DNA of 64,000 nt from Gammaproteobacteria bacterium (GTDB lineage Bacteria; Pseudomonadota; Gammaproteobacteria; Eutrophobiales; Eutrophobiaceae). Positions 10,684-21,015 of the stretch are shown here, in pieces. Position 1 is the first letter of the stretch, and the number at the start of each line of letters is the position of its first letter. Where the stretch lies: the NCBI GenBank assembly GCA_965222155.1, contig CBDCTH010000012.1, positions 2,208,001 through 2,272,000 of the forward strand. The letters run 5' to 3'. The position numbers were made by a program, and so were the translations under genes. A model generated the notes under the pieces. The model had not been told where the DNA came from. It did no database searches and was given only the letters and a program-made list of their open reading frames with translations.

Positions 10684-12111
10684 ATGGCTACTATTTTCAG
10701 TTTTTGCTTCTTTATTCTCTTGATGGTGACAGTCGGAGCAATTTCCTCACTGCGTAAGAAAGGGACACCCGATGACTATCTGATGGCTGGCCGTACCCAC
10801 GGCAAATTCATGATTGCCCTGAGCGGTGCTGCATCTGCAGCCAGCGGTTTTATCATGATTGGCGCTGTGGGAGCCGGGTACAACATGGGTTTGGTTGCGG
10901 TGCTGATGCCCATCAGCTGGTTTCTCGGTGATTTCATATTCTGGACATTTTGGCCGGCCCGGATCAACCTGCAAGCCCGGGATACTGAGACCAGCACTGT
11001 CCCTGAATTTATCAGCTACACCAGCACGGGAAAACGTGATACCGGTATCAGGAAATTACTGGCCATAGTCAGTATCGTATTCGTCGGGCTATATGCAGTC
11101 GGGCAGTTTCTGGCGGCGGGTAAAGCGGTACACGCCGTATTTGATATCTCCATGGCCCCCGCCATTATCTTAACCGCAATCGTAATTTTGGCCTATTCCG
11201 CCAAAGGAGGATTACACTCCTCGATTCCAACACAGTTCGTACAAGCGTTGCTCATGCTGTTAACTACCACAGGCATGTTTGTTTTTGCGCTGGTTCTTGG
11301 CGGAGGGCCGGATGAAATCATTAATCAGCTCAGGGTTATAGATCCTGATTTGCTCGCGTTTGATGGAGGGCGCGGTTATATCCTGCTGGTTATTTTTATT
11401 TTTGGTTTTGCCTGCGCAGCATTTACATTTGATATTGGCCAACCACAATTGCTGGTGCGCATCATGGCCGCAAAAAGCCCGGATGAAGCGTCCAGGTCAC
11501 GCTGGATATACCTGAGTTTTATGCAGATCACCTGGGTCTCCATGACGCTGTTCGGCATGATGATGAGGGTATTGCTGCCCGATATCGCCGACGCGGAGCA
11601 GGCGTTACCGCTATTTGCCAGGGAAAATACCCACCCGATTATTACCGGAGCCCTTATGGCCGGCATTTTTGCTGCGATAGCCTCTACGTTGGATGCTCAA
11701 CTACTCGTTCTTTCCAGCGCCATCGGCGTTGATGTTTTGCCAAAATTCTACCGGAGAATGACCGAGAAATACGGTGTTCGATATCAAGTCTTTGTCACCG
11801 GCGTCACGGCTATGGTAGTAGCGCTGTTCGCCATAAGCATCATCGGCAACGCCAGCGTATTTACGGTAATCGTTTTTTCAGCAACCGCCCTGGGCGTGTC
11901 GGTGGGCTGTGCCATGTTTATTTCCATTTCGGGCTGGCGTACGTCAGCCGCGGCGATGTCAGCCGGTGTTCTGTCGGGCGTGTTGACGGCATTGATATGG
12001 CGTTATTTCGGATTGAGCAACTATCTGCTGGAGGCTTTCCCGGCGTTTCTGACGGGGCTGGTTATACACCAGTTGGTTGTTAAGTTTATCCCTTTACGCC
12101 GGCGGAATTAA
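10684..12111 (+). CDS. Sodium:solute symporter (PutP-like)
   Basis: Multi-TM protein with DYLMAGR, GQPQLLVRIMA and AAIASTLDAQLL. Confidence 0.88.
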   Translation: MATIFSFCFFILLMVTVGAISSLRKKGTPDDYLMAGRTHGKFMIALSGAASAASGFIMIGAVGAGYNMGLVAVLMPISWFLGDFIFWTFWPARINLQARDTETSTVPEFISYTSTGKRDTGIRKLLAIVSIVFVGLYAVGQFLAAGKAVHAVFDISMAPAIILTAIVILAYSAKGGLHSSIPTQFVQALLMLLTTTGMFVFALVLGGGPDEIINQLRVIDPDLLAFDGGRGYILLVIFIFGFACAAFTFDIGQPQLLVRIMAAKSPDEASRSRWIYLSFMQITWVSMTLFGMMMRVLLPDIADAEQALPLFARENTHPIITGALMAGIFAAIASTLDAQLLVLSSAIGVDVLPKFYRRMTEKYGVRYQVFVTGVTAMVVALFAISIIGNASVFTVIVFSATALGVSVGCAMFISISGWRTSAAAMSAGVLSGVLTALIWRYFGLSNYLLEAFPAFLTGLVIHQLVVKFIPLRRRN

Positions 12112-12135
12112 TATCTGTCCCCGGCGCGTCGACCC

Positions 12136-13233
12136 CTACATTCTCATGTACTCCGTCAATGCCGCAATGACCGCGTTGTTTTCAGCATTATTGCCTACGG
12201 TTATGCGCAGGACGGTATCGGTGCGGTTGGCCGGTCTCGGCATGATATTTTTTGACTGCAGGTGTCGGGCCGCGCCGGCGGCATGTTTATTTTCGTAGCC
12301 GGCAAAACTGATGAGGTAGAAGTTGGCGAGACTGGGGATAACCCGTAGTCCCAAAGCTGTCAACGCAGCGCTGAGCTGTTTGAGTGAGCTTGCGTTTTTT
12401 TCACGAATGGAGCGAGTATATTCGACGTCACGGACTGCAGCTGTCGCTGCTGCGAGTGCGGCGGAGTTGGTATTGAACGGTGAGCGGATACGCTGCAAGG
12501 TATCGATGATGTGCGCCGGACAACAGGCCCAACCGATTCTCAGGCCGGCAAGTCCGTAAATTTTTGAGAACGTTCTCGTCATCACGACGTTTTCAGATTC
12601 GGCAACCAGGTCAAGACAGGCAACGGCATCATCAGTAGAGACGTATTCCGCATAGGCGCCGTCGATAATCAACAACACCTCTTCGGGCAGATTAGCATGA
12701 AGGCGCTTGACCTCACTGGCGGTTATGCAGGTGCCGGTGGGAGTATTGGGGTTGGCGATAATCACCACCCTGGTTTTATCGGAGACCCGATCCAAAATCG
12801 AATTTACGCTGATCCTGTAATTATCTTCCGGCGCCAGGACGATTTTTGCTCCCTGTGTCCTGCCGTAAACCGGACACATGACGAAATGATTTTCTGTCAA
12901 CAGCAGTTCTTCCGCTTCCCTCAGGTAGGAACGTATGAGCAATCCGAGCAGTTCCTCTGATCCATTTCCGCAAATAATCCCATCAATGTCCAGGTTATGG
13001 ACTTCCGCCAAGGCCAGTCGTAATTCGTACTGGGCGCGGTCAGGATAGCGAAACAAAGCACTTTCAACGGTGTGGTAGGCTGCAATTGCTTTCGGACTTG
13101 GTCCGTAACAGGATTCGTTATGAGATAGCCGGATCGGTTCAATTGACTTGCCCGGCGGAATTTTGCCTGGTTTATGAACAGGCATCGAGTCTATCTCTGA
13201 CCTTGGAAACGGTCGTTTGTGCTCAGTCGTCAT
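12136..13233 (-). CDS. PLP-dependent aminotransferase, HisC-like
   Basis: LSHNE, GNGSEEL, NPNTPTG, DGAYAEY and RTFSKIYGLAGLRIG. Confidence 0.88.
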   Translation of the reverse strand: MTTEHKRPFPRSEIDSMPVHKPGKIPPGKSIEPIRLSHNESCYGPSPKAIAAYHTVESALFRYPDRAQYELRLALAEVHNLDIDGIICGNGSEELLGLLIRSYLREAEELLLTENHFVMCPVYGRTQGAKIVLAPEDNYRISVNSILDRVSDKTRVVIIANPNTPTGTCITASEVKRLHANLPEEVLLIIDGAYAEYVSTDDAVACLDLVAESENVVMTRTFSKIYGLAGLRIGWACCPAHIIDTLQRIRSPFNTNSAALAAATAAVRDVEYTRSIREKNASSLKQLSAALTALGLRVIPSLANFYLISFAGYENKHAAGAARHLQSKNIMPRPANRTDTVLRITVGNNAENNAVIAALTEYMRM

Positions 13234-14309
13234 TGTGATTTATAGAGGGACGACTTCCTTTCCAGCCAGGCGCTGTATCTTGACAGGCTGAAACAAAACA
13301 GCCAGAAAAACAGGGCCACAAACACGTACCCCGTGGCACTGACACCCGGGCTTAACCAGGTCGGGTCTGATGCCGCATTCTGCACCATGCCCAGGAGATC
13401 GAACAGCCCGATGATTAACAGTACGGTGGTTTCCTTGAACAAGCCGATGAAGTTGCTCGTTATCTGCGGCAGCGCGACGGGGATGGCCTGGGGCAGGATT
13501 ATCAGGAATGTACGCTGCCAATAGCCCAGCCCCAGCGCCTCGGCAGCTTCGTATTGCCCTTTCGGAATGGACTGCAGGGCGCCGCGTATAGCCTCAGCCA
13601 TATAACAGGACATCAATATGGTCAGCGCGCCCAGTGCGCGTAACAGTTTATCTATTTTCAATTCTTCCGGCATGAACAGGGGGAACATGATGATCGCGAT
13701 GAACAGCACCACCAGCGCCGGTACGCTGCGCCATAGCTCAATCCAGGTGGTGCAGGAAACCCGCACCAGGGGGATGGAGGAGCGTCTCCCCAGAGCAAGC
13801 AGGACGGCTATCGGCAGTGAAGTTGACAAAACGAACAGGGCTGTGACCACAGTGAGAAAAAAGCCGCCCCATCTGCCGGTCTCAACGTGAGTCAAGCCGA
13901 AATTTCCCCCCAGGAACAGTCCCGTCCCTATCAGGGGATAGGCGACAATCAAAACCGGGATCAACCAGCGTTTACCGGGAAACCGGGGAACAAACAACGG
14001 CAAGCCTGACAGGATGATCAGGATCAAGCCCAGGTTGATGCGCCAGCGTTCCGCCTGCGGATACAGGCCGTACATGAACTGATCAAACCGCGCCCATATA
14101 AACGGCCAGCAGGCTGCGGTTTTGTCGGGGCAATCTGCGGGGGTCGTCCCGGACCAGTAGGCTTCGATGATCAGCCAGTTCACCAGGGGGATGCCGGTCA
14201 TGATGATCAGGCACACACAGGCCAGGGTCAGCAGAATATTCAGGGGCGATGAAAACAGGTTGGACCTGGCCCAATCCAGACAAACCCGGAATTTTGCGAC
14301 TACGGCCAT
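13230..14309 (-). CDS. Amino-acid ABC permease (AapM/BztC-like)
   Basis: GQYEAAEALGL EAA loop, multi-TM. ATG 14309 lies next to the upstream stop codon. Confidence 0.9.
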   Translation of the reverse strand: MAVVAKFRVCLDWARSNLFSSPLNILLTLACVCLIIMTGIPLVNWLIIEAYWSGTTPADCPDKTAACWPFIWARFDQFMYGLYPQAERWRINLGLILIILSGLPLFVPRFPGKRWLIPVLIVAYPLIGTGLFLGGNFGLTHVETGRWGGFFLTVVTALFVLSTSLPIAVLLALGRRSSIPLVRVSCTTWIELWRSVPALVVLFIAIIMFPLFMPEELKIDKLLRALGALTILMSCYMAEAIRGALQSIPKGQYEAAEALGLGYWQRTFLIILPQAIPVALPQITSNFIGLFKETTVLLIIGLFDLLGMVQNAASDPTWLSPGVSATGYVFVALFFWLFCFSLSRYSAWLERKSSLYKSQ

Positions 14310-14311
14310 GG

Positions 14312-15457
14312 TCAGGCAACCGTCAGGGCGATCTTCCTGTTGTACCAGTTCAGGAAGAGGGAAAGACACAGGGAGACGAATACATAAACCGCCATGGTAA
14401 TCGCCATGATAAATACCGGTTGCCCCACCAGGTTGTTGACCGTTCCCACAAATACCGACACGACCTCTGGATAGGCTATGGCCGCGGCAAGTGACGTGCT
14501 TTTGAACAGGTTCAGGTAAACAGTCGTGAGCGGCGGGATGATGACGCGCAATGCCTGGGGGAACAGAATCAGGCGGTTGGTGAGATGGCGCGGCAGACCC
14601 AGTGAAGCGGCAGCCTCACTCTGGCCCCGGGGTATGGATGTGAGGCCCGAACGGACGATTTCACCGATATAGGTCGCATTATACATCGATAAACCCACCA
14701 CCAGGGACAGGAACTCAGGCATCATGACAATCCCGCCACGGTAACCGAAGCGGGTTTCCTGCGGAACCTGCCAGTGGCCGCCGGCAACTAAAATAACGGC
14801 CCCGGCCAGGCCTGCCAGGATCAAAAGATTCCACGAAGTCAACGGATTTGACCTGCCGGTTTCAGGCAGCGCCGGGCCACGTACAAGCTCTCTTTGCCGC
14901 TCTTTTTTGCGTAACGAATAAATCATGGCCCAGGCGAAAAACAGTGCACCCATTATCCACGCCCAGCCTTGCCCGAAACTGACCGCCGGCACAAACAACC
15001 CGCGGTTATTGAGAAAGATGCAATTGAAAAGTTCAATACTCTCGTTGCTGCGCGGCAAGGTGCGCAGTACGACAAAATACCAGAAGAATATTTGTAACAG
15101 GGAGGGAATGTTGCGGAATATTTCAATATAAGCGGTTGCAAGGTGGGATACCAGCCAGTTGTCGGACAGGCGGGCTATGCCTATAACCACTCCCAGGATA
15201 CTGGCGCAGATAATCGAGACCGCGGCCAGCAACAAGGTGTTCAGCAAGGCGACAACAAACGCATGGGCAATAGTGGAATTGGCATTATATGGGATGAGCT
15301 TCTGGCTTATCTCGAACCCTGCTCTCTTCCATAGGAAATCGATACCGGAATCAACCCCAAGGCGCGCAAGATTATCCTGCGTGGTCGCCGCGATCAGGTA
15401 CACCACTGCCCCGATAATGAATAACAGCGCTACCTGATAAACAATTTCCCGGTTCAC
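14312..15457 (-). CDS. Amino-acid ABC permease (AapQ/BztB-like)
   Basis: YIEIFRNIPSLLQIFFWY and GQSEAAASLGL. Confidence 0.9.
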   Translation of the reverse strand: MNREIVYQVALLFIIGAVVYLIAATTQDNLARLGVDSGIDFLWKRAGFEISQKLIPYNANSTIAHAFVVALLNTLLLAAVSIICASILGVVIGIARLSDNWLVSHLATAYIEIFRNIPSLLQIFFWYFVVLRTLPRSNESIELFNCIFLNNRGLFVPAVSFGQGWAWIMGALFFAWAMIYSLRKKERQRELVRGPALPETGRSNPLTSWNLLILAGLAGAVILVAGGHWQVPQETRFGYRGGIVMMPEFLSLVVGLSMYNATYIGEIVRSGLTSIPRGQSEAAASLGLPRHLTNRLILFPQALRVIIPPLTTVYLNLFKSTSLAAAIAYPEVVSVFVGTVNNLVGQPVFIMAITMAVYVFVSLCLSLFLNWYNRKIALTVA

Positions 15458-15490
15458 CTTAGCGACCCTCGTCCTGCTTTATAATGTCTG

Positions 15491-16519
15491 TCACCTGAAC
15501 GGTAACGCCGAATGCAAGCCCCCATCTTTCCAGCTTGCATTCAGCCCCCTTTTCAGACCCAGCGGAGCAAAGTTCCTTTCCCATAAATCATCATAATTCC
15601 CCACAAGTTTGATAATGTGGTATGCCCAATCGTTGGAGAGCCCGAGTTTCTCGCCAAACCCGCCATGCAACCCCAGCAAGCGCTGGATTTCCGCATTCCG
15701 GGAACTTTCCCGGACGGTATCGACATTTTCCTGGCTGATACCCAACTCTTCGGCGGCAAAGCGGACGTTGAACGACCACAATGCAATATCGCGCCAGCGC
15801 GGGTCATCCTGCCGCACCAGGGCGCCGAAGGGCTCTTTCGAGATGACTTCATCCAGGATCAGGTGCTCGTCACGATCCGGCCACTGAGCGATGCGGCCTG
15901 CCGTGGACAGGCGTTCATTGGTGAACGCGTCACACCGATCGACATAGTAGGCCTGTAATCCCTTATCTATGTCCGCAAAGGTGACCGGGGTATAAGTCAT
16001 CCTGTTATCAGCAAAGTAATCGGCTATGTTCTGCTCCAGGGTGGTGCCTTGGGCAATACAGATAGTCGCGCCGTCCAGGTCTCTAACCGATTTCACCCCG
16101 GCCTTCTTGCGTACCACAAATCCCTGCCCGGCATACAGGTAGACCCCGGCGTAATCCAGGCCCAGGGATACGTCCCGGACAAAGGACCAGGTGGCGCCGC
16201 CAGGGAATATATCTATCCCGCCGGACTGCAACAGGGTGAACACGGTGTGAGGCGTTACCGGGATATATTCAATTCTGAACTCGCCGAATATGGCGGCTGA
16301 TATTGTCTTGCAATGATCGATGTCAAAGCCGATTCTCTGCCCGGCATCATTAACGCTGCTGAAACCGGGACTGCTTTCAACAATACCGCAACGTAATTTA
16401 CCGCGCTCCCTGACCTGTTCCAGCGTACCGGCAGTAACCGCAGTCAGAGCGGAATAAAACACTAATATCAGTCCTGCGGGGCAGAATAATTTATATATTG
16501 TCTTGACCGGGAAACGCAT
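15491..16519 (-). CDS. Amino-acid ABC substrate-binding protein (AapJ/BztA-like)
   Basis: TLEQVRERGKLRCG, LQSGGIDI, ISKEPFG and RGLNASW. Likely start ATG 16519, followed by a signal peptide. Confidence 0.9.
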   Translation of the reverse strand: MRFPVKTIYKLFCPAGLILVFYSALTAVTAGTLEQVRERGKLRCGIVESSPGFSSVNDAGQRIGFDIDHCKTISAAIFGEFRIEYIPVTPHTVFTLLQSGGIDIFPGGATWSFVRDVSLGLDYAGVYLYAGQGFVVRKKAGVKSVRDLDGATICIAQGTTLEQNIADYFADNRMTYTPVTFADIDKGLQAYYVDRCDAFTNERLSTAGRIAQWPDRDEHLILDEVISKEPFGALVRQDDPRWRDIALWSFNVRFAAEELGISQENVDTVRESSRNAEIQRLLGLHGGFGEKLGLSNDWAYHIIKLVGNYDDLWERNFAPLGLKRGLNASWKDGGLHSALPFR

Positions 16520-16565
16520 CAGGTTGAGAATATAAGGCAATAGTCTAAACTGTTTTTGAACTGTC

Positions 16566-17066
16566 ATGGCTAACCATTTACACATAGTAGACCAAAGACT
16601 GGAACACATCCCTCATGAAAAAGAGGGGTTAAGGTTATGGTTGAGGATCGTATCGTGTACGCAAATGGTTGAACAGGAGATTCGTACCATGTTGCGGGAA
16701 AAATTCGATATGACACTGCCTCGCTTTGAATTATTGTCGGCCCTGGACCGGGTTGCGGACGGCCTGACCATGGGTGAGCTGTCACGCTGGCTGATGGTAT
16801 CCAAAGGCAATGTTACCGGGATTGCCGAAAGGTTATCGGAAGATGGCTTTATCCGGCGCGAACCTACCCCGACAGACCGCCGTACCTTTGTGGTTACCCT
16901 CACCGAGAAGGGGAGAAAAGCATATAAGGAAATGGAGCTTGAATATGAACAGCTGATGGACAAGTTGTTTGATGACCTGACCCCCGATGACAGCGACATG
17001 TTCACAGGGATGCTGGCAAAAATCAAGGAATCCGTCGACGAGTTGGGGAGGCAGGACCCGGAGTAA
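16566..17066 (+). CDS. MarR-family regulator
   Basis: wHTH TMGELSRWLMVSKGNVTG and DRR motif. Confidence 0.9.
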   Translation: MANHLHIVDQRLEHIPHEKEGLRLWLRIVSCTQMVEQEIRTMLREKFDMTLPRFELLSALDRVADGLTMGELSRWLMVSKGNVTGIAERLSEDGFIRREPTPTDRRTFVVTLTEKGRKAYKEMELEYEQLMDKLFDDLTPDDSDMFTGMLAKIKESVDELGRQDPE

Positions 17067-17068
17067 CA

Positions 17069-17092
17069 GGAAACAGATTTAAATCTGTCCCC
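17069..17092. repeat. Palindromic REP-like unit (ACAGATTTAAATCTGT core)
   Basis: Variant of GGGGACAGATTTAAATCTGTCCCC, lying between convergent stop codons. Confidence 0.8.
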
Positions 17093-17394
17093 TATCGGTT
17101 CCGCGTTGCCTCGCGGGCGGCATAGGCCTGCGCCTGTTCCCCGGTCGCCTCTTGCTGGTGCTTAGCTTTCCATTCCCCATAAGGCATCCCATAGATAATC
17201 TCACGGGCCTGCTCATAGTCCAGTTCCTCACCCCGTTCCTGTGCGGCTGCCCGGTACCATTTTGACAGACAATTCCGGCAAAAACCGGCCAGGTTCATCA
17301 GGTCTATGTTTTGCACTTCGGTATGTTCTCTCAGGTAGCCGACCAGATGGCGAAACGCGGCAGCCTCGATTGCCTGTTTAGTGTCGTCATTCAT
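17092..17394 (-). CDS. DUF1244-family protein
   Basis: EAAAFRHL..VQNIDLMNLAGFCRNCLSKWY..IYGMPYGEWK. Confidence 0.88.
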   Translation of the reverse strand: MNDDTKQAIEAAAFRHLVGYLREHTEVQNIDLMNLAGFCRNCLSKWYRAAAQERGEELDYEQAREIIYGMPYGEWKAKHQQEATGEQAQAYAAREATRNR

Positions 17395-17505
17395 ATCTGT
17401 CTCCGGTTATTTTAGCCCGGATTTCTCACCAGGCCGCTCGTTGCTATTAGATACATATTTGCTTTAATTGAGTTATGCTAATTAGTTCAGCATTTTGTCA
17501 TAACA

Positions 17506-17800
17506 GATTGCGCTTGATGCGCCCTTGCTGGTCTTTTTTGCGCCAGTGGGCACGTGTTCATTGCGCCCATCCCCCTGCTCAACTCCATACAGGGGCAGGC
17601 TCTGGGCGCAACCCTGCGGGCGGCTGTCGCCGTGCAAATCGTCAGTCCTGACGATTTGTCCCTCAACCAGACAAATCTGCCTGGAGCAGATTTGGACATC
17701 CGAAGGATGCCCGCAGGGTGCGCGCCATGGAGGGCGCACATCAACTACGGCTATGCTTTCGGTCGCAAGCACCCGCTGGCGCAAAAAATCCGGCGCAATC
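17506..17800. repeat. Structured MITE-like element with nested inverted repeats
   Basis: Outer IRs GATTGCGC/GCGCAATC and TTTTTTGCGCCAGTGGG/CCCGCTGGCGCAAAAAA, two inverted internal units and several hairpins. Confidence 0.8.
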
Positions 17801-19226
17801 ATCGCATCACCTGGTGAGAAATCCGGTCTAAGTTGTGTTTTTTTATCCGATAACGTAGCGCCATCCGGGTGATGCCCAGTTCCCGCGCCGCTTTTGATAC
17901 ATTGCCGCCACACTTTTCCAGGGCGTTCTTAATCAGCATCAGTTCTGCGTTATCCAGTGTCAAATCAGCTTCGATCGGGGTTTCAGCCGGCCCATGAGCA
18001 GTCAGCGACAGGCTGTCGGGAGATAATTCTCCTTCGCCACACAATAATACCGCCCTTTCTATCATGTGCTTCAACTCGCGCACATTACCCGGCCAGTGGT
18101 ATGACCTGAGCGCCTGGATTGCCTGCCCGGACAGGGTAACGGAACTTATTCCGTAGCGTTTGGCGCTCTGGCGTATGAAATGCCCGGCCAGCAAAATTAT
18201 ATCATCACCCCGTTCACGCAACGGGGCAATCGATATTGACAGCACATTCAGCCGGTAATATAAATCCGAACGGAATTCACCCTGTTCGACCAATTGGGCT
18301 ACATCCCGGTTGGTGGCTGCAATGATCCAGGCTGCAACAGGACGCTCCTTTGTTGTGCCCACTTTCCTCAAGGTCCTGCGCTCCAGCACAGCCAGTAATT
18401 TTGCCTGTAAATCCATAGGCAACTCACCGATTTCATCCATGAACAGCACGCCGTCTTCCGCCGCCTCGATCAAGCCCGTCCTGGCAACGTGGGCGCTGGT
18501 GAACGCGCCTTTTTCATGGCCGAACAATTCGGCCTCGATCAAATCTTTGGGCAGGCTGGCGCAATCTACGTGTACGAAGGGCCGTTCCCGGCGGGCACTG
18601 TGCGCATGCAGCAGCCGGGCTACCACGTCTTTGCCGGTGCCGGTTTCCCCTAGTATCAGTATGGTGGGGGGGACACTGACGCCAGTCAGTTGTTTCAGAC
18701 GATTAATCTGTTGCCGGATAGCGCCGATAGCAGGACTGTTGCCGAGAAACTCCACGCCTTCGTGGGCATGTTGTTCGCGCTTGCTGGAATAGGTCAGCTT
18801 TTGTGACAAGGCATCCTTTTCCAGAACTTTTTCAACATTGATCATTAACTCATCAAGGTCGATAGGCTTTTTCAGATAGTCCGACGCGCCTGATTTCATT
18901 GCCGAAACCGCATCTTCAATCTCACCGTAGGCGGACATTACCAGCACGGGGAATGTATTAGCGTTGTCATTTTGCAAGGCGCCCAGAAAATCCAGGCCCG
19001 AACCATCGGGTAAGCGCATGTCCAGCAACAACAGATCAGGCGTTTTATCACTGATTTTTGTCGCGCCTTGTGCAAGAGTCCCGGCAATCTCGGCGTTATA
19101 CCCCCCGCGTCTCAACCTTTTGCGAACGGCGCCGGCAAACACCGCCTCATCTTCGATGATCAGTATGTGCTTCTCCAGGAGAGGCACCTCAGTTTCTGTA
19201 ACCAGTGGACTGCTATGCATGATCAT
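17799..19226 (-). CDS. Sigma54-dependent response regulator (NtrC family)
   Basis: Receiver domain (LLLDMRLPD), GETGTGK, GAFTSA, WPGNVREL and a Fis-type HTH. The start is uncertain. Confidence 0.92.
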   Translation of the reverse strand: MIMHSSPLVTETEVPLLEKHILIIEDEAVFAGAVRKRLRRGGYNAEIAGTLAQGATKISDKTPDLLLLDMRLPDGSGLDFLGALQNDNANTFPVLVMSAYGEIEDAVSAMKSGASDYLKKPIDLDELMINVEKVLEKDALSQKLTYSSKREQHAHEGVEFLGNSPAIGAIRQQINRLKQLTGVSVPPTILILGETGTGKDVVARLLHAHSARRERPFVHVDCASLPKDLIEAELFGHEKGAFTSAHVARTGLIEAAEDGVLFMDEIGELPMDLQAKLLAVLERRTLRKVGTTKERPVAAWIIAATNRDVAQLVEQGEFRSDLYYRLNVLSISIAPLRERGDDIILLAGHFIRQSAKRYGISSVTLSGQAIQALRSYHWPGNVRELKHMIERAVLLCGEGELSPDSLSLTAHGPAETPIEADLTLDNAELMLIKNALEKCGGNVSKAARELGITRMALRYRIKKHNLDRISHQVMR

Positions 19227-19270
19227 GTCAGTAATTATACGCCGGCGACAATTAATGAGGAGGCTGTAAC

Positions 19271-19355
19271 GATATTTGGGGTCAGAGTAAAAATGCGGTC
19301 ACCGATAGACGCTACTGGTTTATTCTTGAGCATTTTTACTCTGACCCCAAATATC
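19271..19355. repeat. Short MITE with a perfect 26-bp inverted repeat
   Basis: GATATTTGGGGTCAGAGTAAAAATGC ... GCATTTTTACTCTGACCCCAAATATC. Confidence 0.85.
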
Positions 19356-20815
19356 TAATCAGAACGATTTTTCGGGGCAGTAATATTAACCTGGGTCCCC
19401 GAGTTGTCGATCACTTCAAAAGACAGGCTCCAACCATGACTCTGGCAAATTTTATACGCAATGGGTATTCCCAGTCCGGTGCCGAAGCGCTTGGTGGACG
19501 GGCCAGGTTCCAGGTTGCCCGGTTCAGGTCGGAACGGTAAACCAGGACCGTAATCGCGAATGCCGATAGTAACTGTTTCCTCCTGTTCGTGCGCGGTTAT
19601 CAACAGTTCGGCCCCATCCAGCGAGGCCTCGATTGCATTGGCCATCAGTCCGTAAACAGCCTGTTCCATCAGGTCAGGATCAACCTTGAGGCTGATTGAC
19701 AGCCCCTGGTATTCGCGCCTGACAATCAGTCCCTTTTCGGAGATTTTTCCCTGCAATAACTCCAGGGCGGCATCCAGCAGTGCAACGACGCCGACGTCTC
19801 TGAACACAGGCTGGAGCGGATGTAAATAAGACACCAGCGCATTTACCCAGCGCCCCAGACGATCAATGGTATCAACGATGGCTTGCTTGCCCTCCCTTAG
19901 CTCGGCCTCATTATCAACGTCGTCCAATACCTGTGCGGCAGCCCTGATACTGGCCAGAGGATTGCGGATGTTATGCGCAACGACGGGAATCAGGCTGCCC
20001 AGCGCCGCTTGTCTCTCATGCTCAACCAGGGCATCACGACTGGTTTTCAATTCGCCGGCCATGCGGTTGATCGATCCGGCCAGTTCCGCGACCTCATTCA
20101 CCCCTTGCTCCGGGATCTGGTGGGTAAGGTCGCCACGACTGATCTCCATGGCTCCGGCCGTGATCGTAGCCATAGGCCGGACGAAGCTGTTGCGGATAAC
20201 ACGGCTGGTGAAAATTACCATAACGACGGCCAGCAGGAACAGAACGGGTATAAGTATGGGTGCATAACGGGTCCATAGCTCAATGGTTTGCTCCAGTTCC
20301 CGGTGTTGTTTTGTGTACAGCGCTTTCAAGTCCAGGTACTTCTCCTCGAACTCATTAAACATCGCTTCGGCATTACGGAAATCCAGGATTTCCGGCCTCG
20401 TACCCCTATCCGTTTTTCTGGGATCGTTAAAAATTTTATACATGTCTATCTGTATTTTACGGTACGCTTGCTGTAATGCCTGGATTACCTCATCCTCATT
20501 CCGGGTTAACGATGCGCGTCGCAATTGATTGAAATGGCGGCCAATTCGTCTTGAATATTCATAATACACTTCAAGTGCATTGTCATCACCCGACCAGTGC
20601 GCTCTTGAGACCTCCTGTAATTGCCTGTATAACTCCCCGCGCAGTTGCTCGCTTAAATAAATGGAATTATTAATCCGAACAGATGCCGTAGACGTTTTCT
20701 GCCAGAAATAAGCAGACATGCCGCTGAGCAGACCGGTTACCGCAACCAGGAACAGGAATGCGACTTCATGCACCAGCAATAGGTGACTGAGAGAACGTTT
20801 ATGCGCGCGGCCCAT
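19355..20815 (-). CDS. HAMP-domain sensor histidine kinase
   Basis: Two TMs, HAMP, H-box VAHNIRNPL, NAIEA, DYGPG and GTGLG. Confidence 0.92.
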   Translation of the reverse strand: MGRAHKRSLSHLLLVHEVAFLFLVAVTGLLSGMSAYFWQKTSTASVRINNSIYLSEQLRGELYRQLQEVSRAHWSGDDNALEVYYEYSRRIGRHFNQLRRASLTRNEDEVIQALQQAYRKIQIDMYKIFNDPRKTDRGTRPEILDFRNAEAMFNEFEEKYLDLKALYTKQHRELEQTIELWTRYAPILIPVLFLLAVVMVIFTSRVIRNSFVRPMATITAGAMEISRGDLTHQIPEQGVNEVAELAGSINRMAGELKTSRDALVEHERQAALGSLIPVVAHNIRNPLASIRAAAQVLDDVDNEAELREGKQAIVDTIDRLGRWVNALVSYLHPLQPVFRDVGVVALLDAALELLQGKISEKGLIVRREYQGLSISLKVDPDLMEQAVYGLMANAIEASLDGAELLITAHEQEETVTIGIRDYGPGLPFRPEPGNLEPGPSTKRFGTGLGIPIAYKICQSHGWSLSFEVIDNSGTQVNITAPKNRSD

Positions 20816-21015
20816 GCTAGCCCGTATTTCTCACAAGATCGCTTGTCATGATCGGAAAGACTTTCATTGTCAATAAGTTATGGTTAGTAATTCACTATCA
20901 TCTCATTATATACTACGCTGGATGCGGGCTAACAGTATACCCGACATGGTTGATATGAACCAGTTGATTTCTTCCATTGAAACCTTAAGAATATCCCAAA
21001 TAACGAAATATCGTT

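Noticed and set aside
17482-17913. Several ORFs over the structured element
   Set aside because: They overlap a GC-rich palindromic repeat and show no protein features.
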